DNA of 64,000 nt, from contig JBKJTT010000007.1 of the NCBI GenBank assembly GCA_046590205.1, positions 89,700 through 153,699 on the forward strand. Direction: 5' to 3'. Shown here in pieces: positions 17,672 through 27,321 of this stretch. The stretch is from Candidatus Kapaibacterium sp. GTDB lineage: Bacteria > Bacteroidota > Ignavibacteria > Palsa-1295. The notes under the pieces are model-generated. The model saw only the letters and a program-made list of their open reading frames with translations, did not search any database and was not told the origin of the DNA. The position numbers and the translations under genes are program-made. Numbering within the stretch: the first letter of the stretch is position 1; every line of letters begins with the position of its first letter.

Positions 17672-18829
17672 TTACGGTTTCCCGATGACGTGCCGCGCTA
17701 TCACGATACGTTGAACCTGCGATGTTCCTTCGTATATCTGCAATCCTTTGATGTCCCTGAAATACCTTTCGACAGGATACTCGTTGGAATACCCCCTGCC
17801 ACCATGTATAAGCACGGCATCTCCGGCAGCTTTAACGGCTGCTTCGGTTGCATGGTACTTTGCCATTGATGCTTGGAGTGATGACGGCTCGCCATTATCT
17901 TTTTTCCATGCCGCATGATAGACGAGCAAGCGAGATGCTTCAAGCGAGACCTTCATCTCTGCGATGAGAGATTGTATCATCTGCATATCACCGATACGCT
18001 GACCGAACTGCTTGCGCTTGCGGGCAAAATCCACGCTTGCATCAAGACATGCCTGATGCACACCAAGCGCGCCTGCTGCAACGCCGAGCCGACCGTGATC
18101 GAGAGCGCTCATGGCAATTGCAAATCCTTCATACTCTTTGCCGAGAAGATTCTCTTCGGGGACGAAACAATCGGTGAATGTGATGTGCGCATGTTCACTT
18201 GCACGGTGACCAAGTTCTTTGCCCGGCATCTTCACGCGGTTAAAACCGGGAGTATTAGTCTCTACAAGAAATGCTGTTACAGCTTTATGTGGTTTCTCAC
18301 CTGCAGCTATGGGAAGTTTTGCAAAGACAATAGCAAGATTCGCAGAGAGTGCATTCGTTATCCATATCTTTTCTCCATTGAGCTTATATCCGCCGTCAAC
18401 TTTTTCTGCTCTCGTTTGGATGTTTGCAGCGTCGCTTCCTGCTTCGGGTTCGGTGAGGCAGTAGCATCCGATCATCTCTGCTCGTGCAAGTTTTGGAAGA
18501 TACTTATTCTTTTGTGCTTCACTCCCTTGTTGATTAACACACGCCATCACAAGTGATGAGTGTACTGTCATGAATCCGCGAACACTTGAACATGCTCTGC
18601 CAAGTTCTTCATAGATAAGAGCAAGAGAAAGTGCACTCGCTTGTGAACCACCATATTCATTCGGCATTGCCGAGCCGAGTAAACCAAGCCCTGCCATTCT
18701 TGCAATGAGCTTCGGCTCCATCTTGGAGTCTTCATCCATCTTACGTGCAAGCGGAGCAACTTCGTTCTGCGCGAAGTCACGAGCTGTTTGCTGCCACTTG
18801 AGTTCTTTGTCGGTGAGAGAGAAGTTCAT
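17672..18829 (-). CDS. Acyl-CoA dehydrogenase
   Basis: Typical ACAD layout. The C-terminal 'YEGTSQVQRIVIARHVIG' (catalytic Glu region) and FAD-binding segments are recognisable. Length 385 aa. Confidence 0.85.
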   Translation of the reverse strand: MNFSLTDKELKWQQTARDFAQNEVAPLARKMDEDSKMEPKLIARMAGLGLLGSAMPNEYGGSQASALSLALIYEELGRACSSVRGFMTVHSSLVMACVNQQGSEAQKNKYLPKLARAEMIGCYCLTEPEAGSDAANIQTRAEKVDGGYKLNGEKIWITNALSANLAIVFAKLPIAAGEKPHKAVTAFLVETNTPGFNRVKMPGKELGHRASEHAHITFTDCFVPEENLLGKEYEGFAIAMSALDHGRLGVAAGALGVHQACLDASVDFARKRKQFGQRIGDMQMIQSLIAEMKVSLEASRLLVYHAAWKKDNGEPSSLQASMAKYHATEAAVKAAGDAVLIHGGRGYSNEYPVERYFRDIKGLQIYEGTSQVQRIVIARHVIGKP

Positions 18830-19231
18830 TTATGAATGTATTACGGCAATACCTTCGATTTCAAGAAGCACCAAATCTTCAAAGAGAGTGGAAACCTCAA
18901 CAAGCGTCATCGCAGGGAAGTGCTTACCAAAGTATGTGCGATATACTCCGCCAATTTCTTTGAGATGTTCTTTATAGAGATCTCTGTCTTTGACAAAGAT
19001 ATTCAGTTTTACAATATCTGTCATCTGGCCGCCTGCAGCACGTATAGCTATTTGCAAATTCTTTAACGTTTGCTCAAATTGCCCGACCATATCGCCAACA
19101 TAAACGACATTCCCACTCGCATCGAATGATACTTGTCCGCCAAGATAGACCGTCTTCCCGCCGTTTGTCGCAACGGCATGTGCATAGCCGACAGGTTTTA
19201 CTAATTCAGGCGGATTAATTATTTCGTTCAT
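18830..19231 (-). CDS. ridA: RidA/YjgF family reactive-intermediate deaminase
   Basis: 133 aa. 'PARSAVGVASLPLGA'-like region (here PAMTLVEVSTLFEDLVLLEIEGIAV) and a conserved fold-size RidA pattern. Abuts acd (start/stop adjacent). Confidence 0.75.
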   Translation of the reverse strand: MNEIINPPELVKPVGYAHAVATNGGKTVYLGGQVSFDASGNVVYVGDMVGQFEQTLKNLQIAIRAAGGQMTDIVKLNIFVKDRDLYKEHLKEIGGVYRTYFGKHFPAMTLVEVSTLFEDLVLLEIEGIAVIHS

Positions 19232-19245
19232 TCTCTTTTGTATAA

Positions 19246-20763
19246 TTAGAATGCAGGTTCACTTGAAGCATAACTACGTTCTGCGGGCTGCTCAAAGCTC
19301 GGAATGTTGATGAGGTCATCGAAACGACCGACATCACCTCTGAATGCTACTCGCGCCGTTCCGAGCGGACCGTTACGTTGCTTACCGACGATAACTTCTG
19401 CTGTACCCTGTGTATTGCTTCCGTCATCATATTGGTCAATACCATACGTTTCAGGGCGATAGATAAAGAGTACCAAGTCAGCATCTTGCTCGATAGCGCC
19501 GGACTCACGCAGATCAGAAAGCATGGGGCGTTTATGCTTTTCGCTTCTCGATTCAAGAGAGCGGTTCAACTGCGAGAGTGCAATAACAGGTATGTTCAGT
19601 TCTTTCGAAAGGGCTTTCATTGAGCGCGATATCATCGAGATTTCTCGTTCACGAGAGTCAAGATGTTTACCTGCTTCCATAAGCTGCAAATAGTCAACAA
19701 TGACAAGCCCGATGTTCTCGGTTTGCTTTAAGCGGCGACACTTTGCGCGAAGTTCGAGCGGTGTGATGCCGGGTGTATCGTCAATGAATATCGGTGCATC
19801 ATTGAGTTTGCCGATACCTGCGGCAATCTTCTTCCAATCCTCGGCGCGAAGTTTTCCTTTACGTGCTGATTGCATATCAACACCTGCTTCCGAGCAAAGC
19901 ATACGCAGCACGAGCTGCTGTGCACCCATTTCAAGCGAGAAAAATGCAACGCCTACTCGCTCTTCCTTAACAGGATTCATCGCAGCAGAACGGGCAAGCG
20001 TGAGTGCGAGCGCTGTTTTACCTTGTGAAGGGCGAGCGGCAAGAATAATAAGATCTGTTTTTTGCCATCCGCTTGTTATCTCATCGAGTTCACTAAGTCC
20101 TGATGGAACACCTGTCGTAGCTGAATCCCGGTCATGAATCTTCTCAAGATACTCGATAGTCTCATGCGCGAGATGATTCATCCGCTGAAAACTCTTGCGA
20201 TGACGAGTCTCGGAAAGTCTAAAGAGATCAGATTCTGCTTTGTCGAGTAGCTCAAATGTATCATCCTCACCAACGAACGCACGGAGCTTTGTCTCTTCAC
20301 AAGTACGTATAAGCTCACGAGCTAAGAATTTCTCTAAAATAAGTCGCGCATGTGCCTCGACGTTTGCAGTCGTTACTACCTTGCTCGTCAACTCAACGAG
20401 ATAAGACGGACCGCCAACCTCATCAAGTTTTCCGTCAACGCGTAGTCGGTTTGTAACACTTAAAATATCTATCGGCTCACTTTGTGAGTCAAGCGCGAGC
20501 ATCGCACGGTATATAGCCGTATGTCCCTCGCGGTAAAATGGGCTATCCTCGAGGTTTCGGTCGCCTAAGACTTCCATCACTCTGTTGGCAGCCATCTTGT
20601 CAATCATCATTGCGCCGAGCAATGACTGCTCAACCTCAAGTGCTTGAGGGGGCAATAACCCTGTGCCGGCTACGCGATCGTAGAGTTCACTGAAGCTGCG
20701 CAGGTAGTTGCGGCTCGTTCTCGAGCCAGCTAAGTCTTTGGATGGAATGGGGATAACGCTCAC
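19246..20763 (-). CDS. dnaB: Replicative DNA helicase DnaB
   Basis: N-terminal 'PPQALEVEQSLLGAMM' DnaB N-domain. Walker A 'ARPSQGKTALAL', 'SLEM' and an arginine-finger region. 505 aa. Confidence 0.9.
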   Translation of the reverse strand: MSVIPIPSKDLAGSRTSRNYLRSFSELYDRVAGTGLLPPQALEVEQSLLGAMMIDKMAANRVMEVLGDRNLEDSPFYREGHTAIYRAMLALDSQSEPIDILSVTNRLRVDGKLDEVGGPSYLVELTSKVVTTANVEAHARLILEKFLARELIRTCEETKLRAFVGEDDTFELLDKAESDLFRLSETRHRKSFQRMNHLAHETIEYLEKIHDRDSATTGVPSGLSELDEITSGWQKTDLIILAARPSQGKTALALTLARSAAMNPVKEERVGVAFFSLEMGAQQLVLRMLCSEAGVDMQSARKGKLRAEDWKKIAAGIGKLNDAPIFIDDTPGITPLELRAKCRRLKQTENIGLVIVDYLQLMEAGKHLDSREREISMISRSMKALSKELNIPVIALSQLNRSLESRSEKHKRPMLSDLRESGAIEQDADLVLFIYRPETYGIDQYDDGSNTQGTAEVIVGKQRNGPLGTARVAFRGDVGRFDDLINIPSFEQPAERSYASSEPAF

Positions 20764-20944
20764 GTATGCTGATTCACCTATTAATAAGTGTGCAAAAATA
20801 CCTCATAAAGGGTGATTAACAATGAACAAGTTACAATTAACAAAAGTGAATAAAATGTGGATATGTATTTGCAGATAGTATTTAGTCATTAGTCTTTTGA
20901 TGATGATATGCTCGCCGTATTTTTGCACTCTAAACAATTGACTA

Positions 20945-21433
20945 TTGATACGTATGGCAATCTCTGTTGGTTCAAAAGCTCCTGATGTTACGATGTTCTC
21001 GCAAACACCTGAGGGCATCAAGCCGTTGAAAGTATCTGACTATGCAGGCAAGAAGAATGTAGTACTCCTTTTCTTTCCGGCAGCTTTTACCGGTACGTGC
21101 ACCAAGGAAATGTGCGCCGTGCGTGATTCAATGAATATCTATGAAGGTCTTAATGCAGAAGTCATCGGTGTCTCGCCCGATTATCCTGCTGCACTTGCAG
21201 TATGGGCAAAGCACAACGAACTGAAGATGCCCCTTGCCAGTGATTTTAACCGTGAAGCAGTCAATGCTTATGATATTGTTTTCCCGGGTTGGGGCGGTAG
21301 TATGAACGGTGTACCAATTCGCTCTGCATTTGTCATTGATAAAGACAGCACCATCCGTTACACACACCTCTGCCCGACACCGGGCGATGTACCTCCATTT
21401 GAGGAGATACAGGAAGTATTGAAGGGATTATAA
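20945..21433 (+). CDS. Peroxiredoxin (AhpC/TSA-Redoxin family, Prx5/Tpx-like)
   Basis: 'LLFFPAAFTGTCTKEMC' carries the peroxidatic Cys in the P..FT..C context. 162 aa. Confidence 0.7.
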   Translation: MIRMAISVGSKAPDVTMFSQTPEGIKPLKVSDYAGKKNVVLLFFPAAFTGTCTKEMCAVRDSMNIYEGLNAEVIGVSPDYPAALAVWAKHNELKMPLASDFNREAVNAYDIVFPGWGGSMNGVPIRSAFVIDKDSTIRYTHLCPTPGDVPPFEEIQEVLKGL

Positions 21434-21441
21434 AAGAAGCT

Positions 21442-22827
21442 CTAAACTGAAGCTATCGAAGGAGAAGGGAAGCGAAGTACAACTTTCTTTTGCTTGAGCG
21501 TTTGCCACAATTTAATATTGTTTATCTTCGTCATGCCAAATTTCTCTTCAGTAAAGAGCTGAAGTGAAGTAAGATACATTGCCATGATCGGCGTCATTAT
21601 GTCTCCGTACATCAATCCGAAGAATGAGCCGATCATATAGATGATGATCATGTAAAGAGAAATCTGTGCTAAGAATTTGTCATCTTCTCCTTCAGTAAAT
21701 CGTAGTTGTAGTAATACTACTTTCCATATTTTAGAGATCATCCACCAAAAACCAATAAGCGCAAAGATACCGCCCCGAAGTGGCCAGTATAAGTAGGAGT
21801 TATGTGTGCCAAGTGTGGTAAAGTTTGCAAAGAGCGGCATACGCAGGTATTGGTACCATTGTGTACCGATGGCAGTACCAAAAATGGGATTGTGATATAT
21901 ATTCAACAAAACATTAGGCAGTTCCATGAGTCGGATGTATGCCGACCCTTCTTCTTTAGGGTTAACAACTGCAAACATTCGGGTTATAAACCCAATTGGG
22001 TCTGTCAGCAATATAACAATGGCAAGAGTTACTATAAGTAACAAGAATAGCCCAAGATGTTTCATTCTCTTACCTTTACCTATCGAGATGAACATGATCA
22101 CAAGTGAGATGATGATTGCGACGAAGAATGTACGCCGGTAGCTTGTAATAAGAGAAAAGAAAATGAATGGTGACGCAATCAGTAATGTTTTTTTGAGCCA
22201 TACTAATGCATTTCCCTTGTAGTGCATGAATAATACAATTGCACATACTCCCATACCGAGAAGGTATCCGTCACGCCAGTTTTGCAGCACTCCCCAACTT
22301 TTATTCGGATCATCAGAGAATAAATAAATCCACACACCATCTGATGCTTTTGCGATCGCAGCTATTATTAGAAGCATTGGGATAACACGCCATTCTTTTG
22401 GTTCTCGTAAGAGATTCCGAAAAATAAAGAATTCGAACGGAAGCATAAATGCTTCATGTACTTCAAAGACAACCGCTACGTCTTGCCGTATCACCATTCC
22501 TCTCATCCAAGAGAGAAAGAATGCGAGACCAAGCAAGATAAGCGGTCCCCAAAAGTATGAGCGTTTGACAGTGTAATCTCCTTCAAGTGTTCGCTCGACC
22601 AAAAGAACGATGAGGTTGAAGATCAGCACTATTTCAAATGGACGAAACGGGGCGAAACTACCAAAGTAGGTTTGAAATTGGAAGATAGACCCGCCAATAC
22701 TTGAGTCTTGCCAAAGTATCATCCATAGAAAAAAGTATTTTACAAGCCGAAGGGAGAATAACGCGGATGACTCTGCTGTAAAAGCAGAGTTTATTAATGT
22801 GGTAGTCTTATAAATACGGTTGAACAC
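21442..22827 (-). CDS. O-antigen ligase/polymerase-like (Wzy_C) polytopic membrane protein
   Basis: At least 10 TM helices. 'GTHNSYLYWPLRGGIFALIGF' contains the H-N-x-Y-L motif typical of the O-antigen ligase (Wzy_C) domain. The start may be internal. Confidence 0.6.
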   Translation of the reverse strand: MFNRIYKTTTLINSAFTAESSALFSLRLVKYFFLWMILWQDSSIGGSIFQFQTYFGSFAPFRPFEIVLIFNLIVLLVERTLEGDYTVKRSYFWGPLILLGLAFFLSWMRGMVIRQDVAVVFEVHEAFMLPFEFFIFRNLLREPKEWRVIPMLLIIAAIAKASDGVWIYLFSDDPNKSWGVLQNWRDGYLLGMGVCAIVLFMHYKGNALVWLKKTLLIASPFIFFSLITSYRRTFFVAIIISLVIMFISIGKGKRMKHLGLFLLLIVTLAIVILLTDPIGFITRMFAVVNPKEEGSAYIRLMELPNVLLNIYHNPIFGTAIGTQWYQYLRMPLFANFTTLGTHNSYLYWPLRGGIFALIGFWWMISKIWKVVLLQLRFTEGEDDKFLAQISLYMIIIYMIGSFFGLMYGDIMTPIMAMYLTSLQLFTEEKFGMTKINNIKLWQTLKQKKVVLRFPSPSIASV

Positions 22828-22838
22828 GCTGCTCTGGG

Positions 22839-24068
22839 TTAATCTTTTACACCCCGTAGTGCTTTCTTGAAGTTCCAGTATCGTTGGTGTTCTTCAGGGT
22901 AGAGCTTGGTGCTTTCTCTATAAGTACGAACGGATATATATATACCCGATACTACAACTCCCGCAATCACCCCAAGAATCAGCATAACAGAGCGTTTTGG
23001 CGATGATTTCCGCAGCGGAGTAACGGCAGTATCAAGTATGTTGAATGTGGGGATGTTACGCTGTTCGTTGAGCTTTTCCTGCTCCAGCTGCTGACGCAAG
23101 AATGCTGAAATTGTCTCAAGGAGTTTTACTTCCCGCATAAGCTTTGCGAGTTTGCGAGTGAGCGTCGGTACTTTATTAAGAGCCAGTGAGTATTTACCTA
23201 TAGAGCCGTCATCATATCTACGCAATTGAGATTTGGCTTCTTCGAGCTGAGCACGTATCATTGATGCGCGTGCAGAGCTTGCTGTCATCTCACGTTCTTC
23301 AACGGCAAGCTGTATCTCTAATTGCTGTACTTCTGATGCAAGCATTGCTGCGCTCGTTACTGTGGCTGAGAGCTGGTCTGTGAGAGCAACTGCCTTATTA
23401 TCTTCCTGGAACAACTGGAGATTAGCATATGCAGAGTCAAGCTGGACCATTCGTTTGTTATATTCACTCTCTGTGAACTCCCTTAATAACCGAGAGCTTG
23501 TCATCAGTCGATGACGGTTGTAGTAATCGAGTTGGTGAACATACTTATTTGCTAAATATGGTGCGAGGTGCCGAGCTTCTTCTTTTTGTTCGCCCGACGG
23601 AAACCACTCTGTTTTAATATCTACCTGTACATTCATCACGCCGTTGCGAAGTGGCTCGCTTGTCATACTGCTCTTGATAAAGAAAGCAATCGCATCGAAA
23701 CTTGTATCAAATGCAGAAAAATACTTTCGCAGACGTTCATCTTTGGCAAGTGTCTCCGAGACAGCACGCGAATCAATCACGTTTTTGAATTGGTCGAGAG
23801 CAGGGTTTTCTTGCCCTTTCATCAGGTCAAGCGCACCAGAGCCGGAGAGAAACGACATCAATCCGCCAACCTTTTCCTTTTCCGGAGGCATCAACATAGC
23901 AGTGGAGCTATAGGTGAACGGCATGATGTAGGTAAAGCCGAAGAATATCACAGCAGAAATGAGCGTGATAATAACTACCAATTTACGATGCTTCACCCAA
24001 AGCATAAAATAATCCATGATATGCGGATCTTTCTTTTGTGTATCTGTAAGCTGTGGTTCTTGGGTCAT
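22839..24068 (-). CDS. Polysaccharide chain-length determinant (Wzz/GumC-like) protein lacking kinase domain
   Basis: N-terminal Wzz motif region (MDYFMLWVKHRKLVVIITLISAVIFF... PP), a long coiled-coil periplasmic segment and a C-terminal TM helix. Confidence 0.55.
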   Translation of the reverse strand: MTQEPQLTDTQKKDPHIMDYFMLWVKHRKLVVIITLISAVIFFGFTYIMPFTYSSTAMLMPPEKEKVGGLMSFLSGSGALDLMKGQENPALDQFKNVIDSRAVSETLAKDERLRKYFSAFDTSFDAIAFFIKSSMTSEPLRNGVMNVQVDIKTEWFPSGEQKEEARHLAPYLANKYVHQLDYYNRHRLMTSSRLLREFTESEYNKRMVQLDSAYANLQLFQEDNKAVALTDQLSATVTSAAMLASEVQQLEIQLAVEEREMTASSARASMIRAQLEEAKSQLRRYDDGSIGKYSLALNKVPTLTRKLAKLMREVKLLETISAFLRQQLEQEKLNEQRNIPTFNILDTAVTPLRKSSPKRSVMLILGVIAGVVVSGIYISVRTYRESTKLYPEEHQRYWNFKKALRGVKD

Positions 24069-24314
24069 GCGTTCTCGTATTTACTAAATCTACTCGCTCT
24101 TCGAGACAAGGTAACACATTTTCATCAAAGAGCTTCTCAAAGCGGCAGGGCAAATGCCATTGCCCTTTGTAACAGAAAGGGCTTGAAGTTTGTCGCACAT
24201 AGAGAAGAATTGGTGAGTTTCCGCCACTGCACTATAGTCTCCTTATCTAGTGTAGGGTGGGTACAGAAAAGGCACTTCCGGGATACCGAAAGTGCCTTGC
24301 ATTTATACTTTTTA

Positions 24315-26354
24315 CTATTTTTGTACTCTTAACGTGCCGGAGATGATTTCCGCACCGCAGGTAAGCTGATAAATGTAACTCCCCGATGCTAACGATGATA
24401 CGTCACATTCTACTTCATACGTACCCTTATCATGTATCTCTTCTGATACAAGTGTTGCGACTTGATTCCCAAGCATGTCATATATACTAAGTGAAACGAG
24501 TGCGAGTTGGTTAATGCTATATAGTATGGTAGTCTGTTTCTGAGCAGGATTAGGGAAGTTCGTTGCTGAAAGCTCTAAGGCTGTTTCTGATACCTTCACA
24601 CTTCCTACTCCTGCAAACCAATCCATGATACGCTTTGTAAGGGAGATTCTATCAAGAACATCCACATTGTCTATGCCGAACGGCAGATACACAAGTTTGC
24701 CTTTGCCACTTCGTACTCTAATTCCGACAACATCATCATTTTCATTCTTCAATATACCTACAGAACCATCAAGAGGGATAAACTCTTGGGTTCCTGTTCT
24801 GCCGGAGACGGTCGAAGAGAATCCGCTCGAGAGTTCATCACCGGAGATGCCCTTTAGCTCTGACCAAGACCCATCACTTGCAAACGATGCGGGTTCGATG
24901 TGAAGATTATCACGTATTTGTGAATCCATCAAATCAACGAACTCCGATGGATTATTTGGATCCTCTCTCGCATCATAGTAATTCCCGACAAGATTGTAGC
25001 GGTCATTACTTGTAATAAGTACATTACCGCCATTGGCATTGAAGTTTTTGATAATATTCCACGTGGCATCATAAGGATGAATGCCAAATGTATTTCCCGT
25101 ATGAATAAGAACTGTTCTGAAATTCTTCCAACTCTTGAAGTGACCAAGAAATGTTTGATAGGGGACGCTAACGGTTTTATAATCGCCGGATGCAGTCACT
25201 CCTGCTTCAAGGATATTTGTTTTGCTTGTACCTGCTCCTGCATCAACAATGATGTCCTTATTCTCTTTGCCCCAGGCAATGCCTGTATATGTACCGATAT
25301 ACATATCATTAAGTGTCGAGACAGTAATTGAGAAAGGGTAATATCCTTGTTTATTAGTTGTCGCCGTGGATTGTAAAGAGATAGTCTTGCTACCTTCTAC
25401 GGGCACAGAGAACGAACCATCTGATAGCGTACCCGAGAGGAATACATTCCAGTCTGCAGGGATAGTCGTGGCCGAAAGTTCTGCACGAAGCCCTATTGGT
25501 GATGCTGTTGTGTTAGTGAATGTGATATCGAGCGATGAATCCGACGGAGCATAGACTACCCTATCTTGCTCGGTCTTGATTTTTATAGGCAGTGACGAGT
25601 TTGCATTATAGACTTCATTTGTAAAAGCATCCTGAATGAATGCAACGGATGTAAGCTGATCTATCTGCCACGAAGTATTTACCAGACATGCAAATCTGAT
25701 CGTCTTCGTCTGGTCTTTTGCTATAGTGAATGACGGATATTTTGCGGATACATCTATCTCTCCGTTTGCATTGAGTCCCGGCAGCAGTGTGCGAACCACA
25801 TTGCGGACGTATCTGCTACCGTTAGTGCCTATATATGGATTGTACCGTTCAGCGATCGCAACACCAAGACGTAACTCACCACTAACAGGAGTTCCTACAC
25901 ACTTAATAGTCACTATAGAAATAATGCTATCAATAAATATCTCTTGTGTTACGGATATTTCATACGGTGATTGTTTTGCTTTTTCTTGTGCGATCTGGGT
26001 GTAGAGCGTTTGTTTGTCATAAAGTTGTATCACGCCAAAGCCGCCAAGTGCCGCACCGTTGAGGCAAACATACGGATTGTATTCTATATTATAAAGTTTC
26101 TTTGCTCGGTCTTCGGAGTTCGGGTAACTCTTATAGAACGGATCATTGTCGTAGGGCCATGAAACATGCCATTTGAGAATAATGAGGTCATCGAAGTTAT
26201 CCATCTCGGCGTTTTCGAGCACTGGGTCTGTCTCGGCGGCGAGAGAACTTCCGCTATTGGTAAATTCCTCAAGAAGGACACGCCGCTTGGCTTGGGCGAA
26301 TCCATCGGAAGCCATAGTAAGTAGAGCGAGTATCACAAGATACAATAATTTCAT
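24315..26354 (-). CDS. Secreted T9SS cargo protein (C-terminal sorting domain), function unknown
   Basis: Signal peptide MKLLYLVILALLTMASDGFAQ. C-terminal 'NFPNPAQ...SIYDMLGNQVA...GSYIYQLT...GTLRVQK' is a type-A T9SS CTD. Confidence 0.6.
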   Translation of the reverse strand: MKLLYLVILALLTMASDGFAQAKRRVLLEEFTNSGSSLAAETDPVLENAEMDNFDDLIILKWHVSWPYDNDPFYKSYPNSEDRAKKLYNIEYNPYVCLNGAALGGFGVIQLYDKQTLYTQIAQEKAKQSPYEISVTQEIFIDSIISIVTIKCVGTPVSGELRLGVAIAERYNPYIGTNGSRYVRNVVRTLLPGLNANGEIDVSAKYPSFTIAKDQTKTIRFACLVNTSWQIDQLTSVAFIQDAFTNEVYNANSSLPIKIKTEQDRVVYAPSDSSLDITFTNTTASPIGLRAELSATTIPADWNVFLSGTLSDGSFSVPVEGSKTISLQSTATTNKQGYYPFSITVSTLNDMYIGTYTGIAWGKENKDIIVDAGAGTSKTNILEAGVTASGDYKTVSVPYQTFLGHFKSWKNFRTVLIHTGNTFGIHPYDATWNIIKNFNANGGNVLITSNDRYNLVGNYYDAREDPNNPSEFVDLMDSQIRDNLHIEPASFASDGSWSELKGISGDELSSGFSSTVSGRTGTQEFIPLDGSVGILKNENDDVVGIRVRSGKGKLVYLPFGIDNVDVLDRISLTKRIMDWFAGVGSVKVSETALELSATNFPNPAQKQTTILYSINQLALVSLSIYDMLGNQVATLVSEEIHDKGTYEVECDVSSLASGSYIYQLTCGAEIISGTLRVQK

Positions 26355-26420
26355 AAGGCAACAGGTTTTGATCTCCTATCTAATAAGGTAACTCGCGGGA
26401 AAGAAGTTCAATTAGGATAT

Positions 26421-26452
26421 AAAAAAAGCGCCCCAAATCGGAGCGCTTTTTT
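26421..26452 (-). terminator. Rho-independent terminator downstream of 26470..27192 gene
   Basis: GC stem (gcgcccc/ggagcgc with one bulge) flanked by A7 and T6, so it works on either strand. Confidence 0.6.
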
Positions 26453-26469
26453 ATAGAGCAAAGTATTGA

Positions 26470-27192
26470 TTACTTCACAACATTCAATGTGCCCGAGAGC
26501 ATCTTGCCGCCAACATTCATCTTATAAATGTAGCTTCCGGTAGCGAGTTTCGATACATCAAGATCTGACTCATACGTGCCCTTATCCTGCATCTCGTTTG
26601 TTACGATGCTTGCAACTTCACGACCCATCACATCATAGACACTAAGCGTTACAAGTGAACGCTCTGTGAGTGAATACTTAAATGTCGTCGTGCTTACTGC
26701 CGGGTTTGGGTAGTTAGCAATTGTATTATTCAATGCAAAGTCATTTGTTTTAACGGCCCCTACAGCATTTGATTTGCCAGTGACCCATACACCAAGAGTA
26801 TCTTCTTCACCGGAGCCAACAACTGATATTTTGACGTATGCCGACGCTGAATCATTGGAATTGGCTGATGGGTAAAAATGGATTATAAACGGGACAAATG
26901 AATTAGCTTCAATCGTAGAATATTCGATTGTTCCCCACGGTAAGGAATCCACAAAATCGGCATAACAGACATCCAAGCATACGGTAGATGTCCAATCCTG
27001 TGGAAGTGTCTGCCACCGACGAAAAACAATTTTTAACGGATCGTTCGTTTTATTATAAATACGTCCACTGACATCGCCACCCTTATTTGAAGGAAACTCT
27101 GCGTGATGTTCGGCCAATGAAAGCTCGATGCTTTGTGCTAAAGCAGGGAGTGTCAGAACTGTAAAAATGAGAAGTAAGAAAGTTCTTTTCAT
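26470..27192 (-). CDS. Secreted T9SS cargo protein (C-terminal sorting domain), function unknown
   Basis: Start placed at the signal peptide MKRTFLLLIFTVLTLPALAQ; the ORF track extends 34 codons further upstream. C-terminal 'NYPNPAVS...SVYDVMGREVA...GSYIYKMNV...GTLNVVK' CTD. Confidence 0.6.
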   Translation of the reverse strand: MKRTFLLLIFTVLTLPALAQSIELSLAEHHAEFPSNKGGDVSGRIYNKTNDPLKIVFRRWQTLPQDWTSTVCLDVCYADFVDSLPWGTIEYSTIEANSFVPFIIHFYPSANSNDSASAYVKISVVGSGEEDTLGVWVTGKSNAVGAVKTNDFALNNTIANYPNPAVSTTTFKYSLTERSLVTLSVYDVMGREVASIVTNEMQDKGTYESDLDVSKLATGSYIYKMNVGGKMLSGTLNVVK

Positions 27193-27262
27193 GAGCTGAT
27201 AAGCATCTTTTTCTAAGTGAATATAACACCGAAACAGTGTAAGTATTTCAGAACCGCCAAGG

Positions 27263-27295
27263 ACTCTAAAAACAGTGCCCTCATTTGAGGGCACT
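27263..27295 (-). terminator. Rho-independent terminator downstream of Kelch/T9SS gene
   Basis: Hairpin agtgccctcatttgagggcact followed on the minus strand by GTTTTTAG. Confidence 0.65.
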
Positions 27296-27321
27296 CTTAA
27301 GGATACATTTTTGAAAGATTA

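Noticed and set aside
17647-17680. Hairpin aaaccgt...acggttt overlapping the acd stop codon as a possible terminator
   Set aside because: 7-bp stem with a 19-nt loop and no downstream U-run on the minus strand. Too weak to call.
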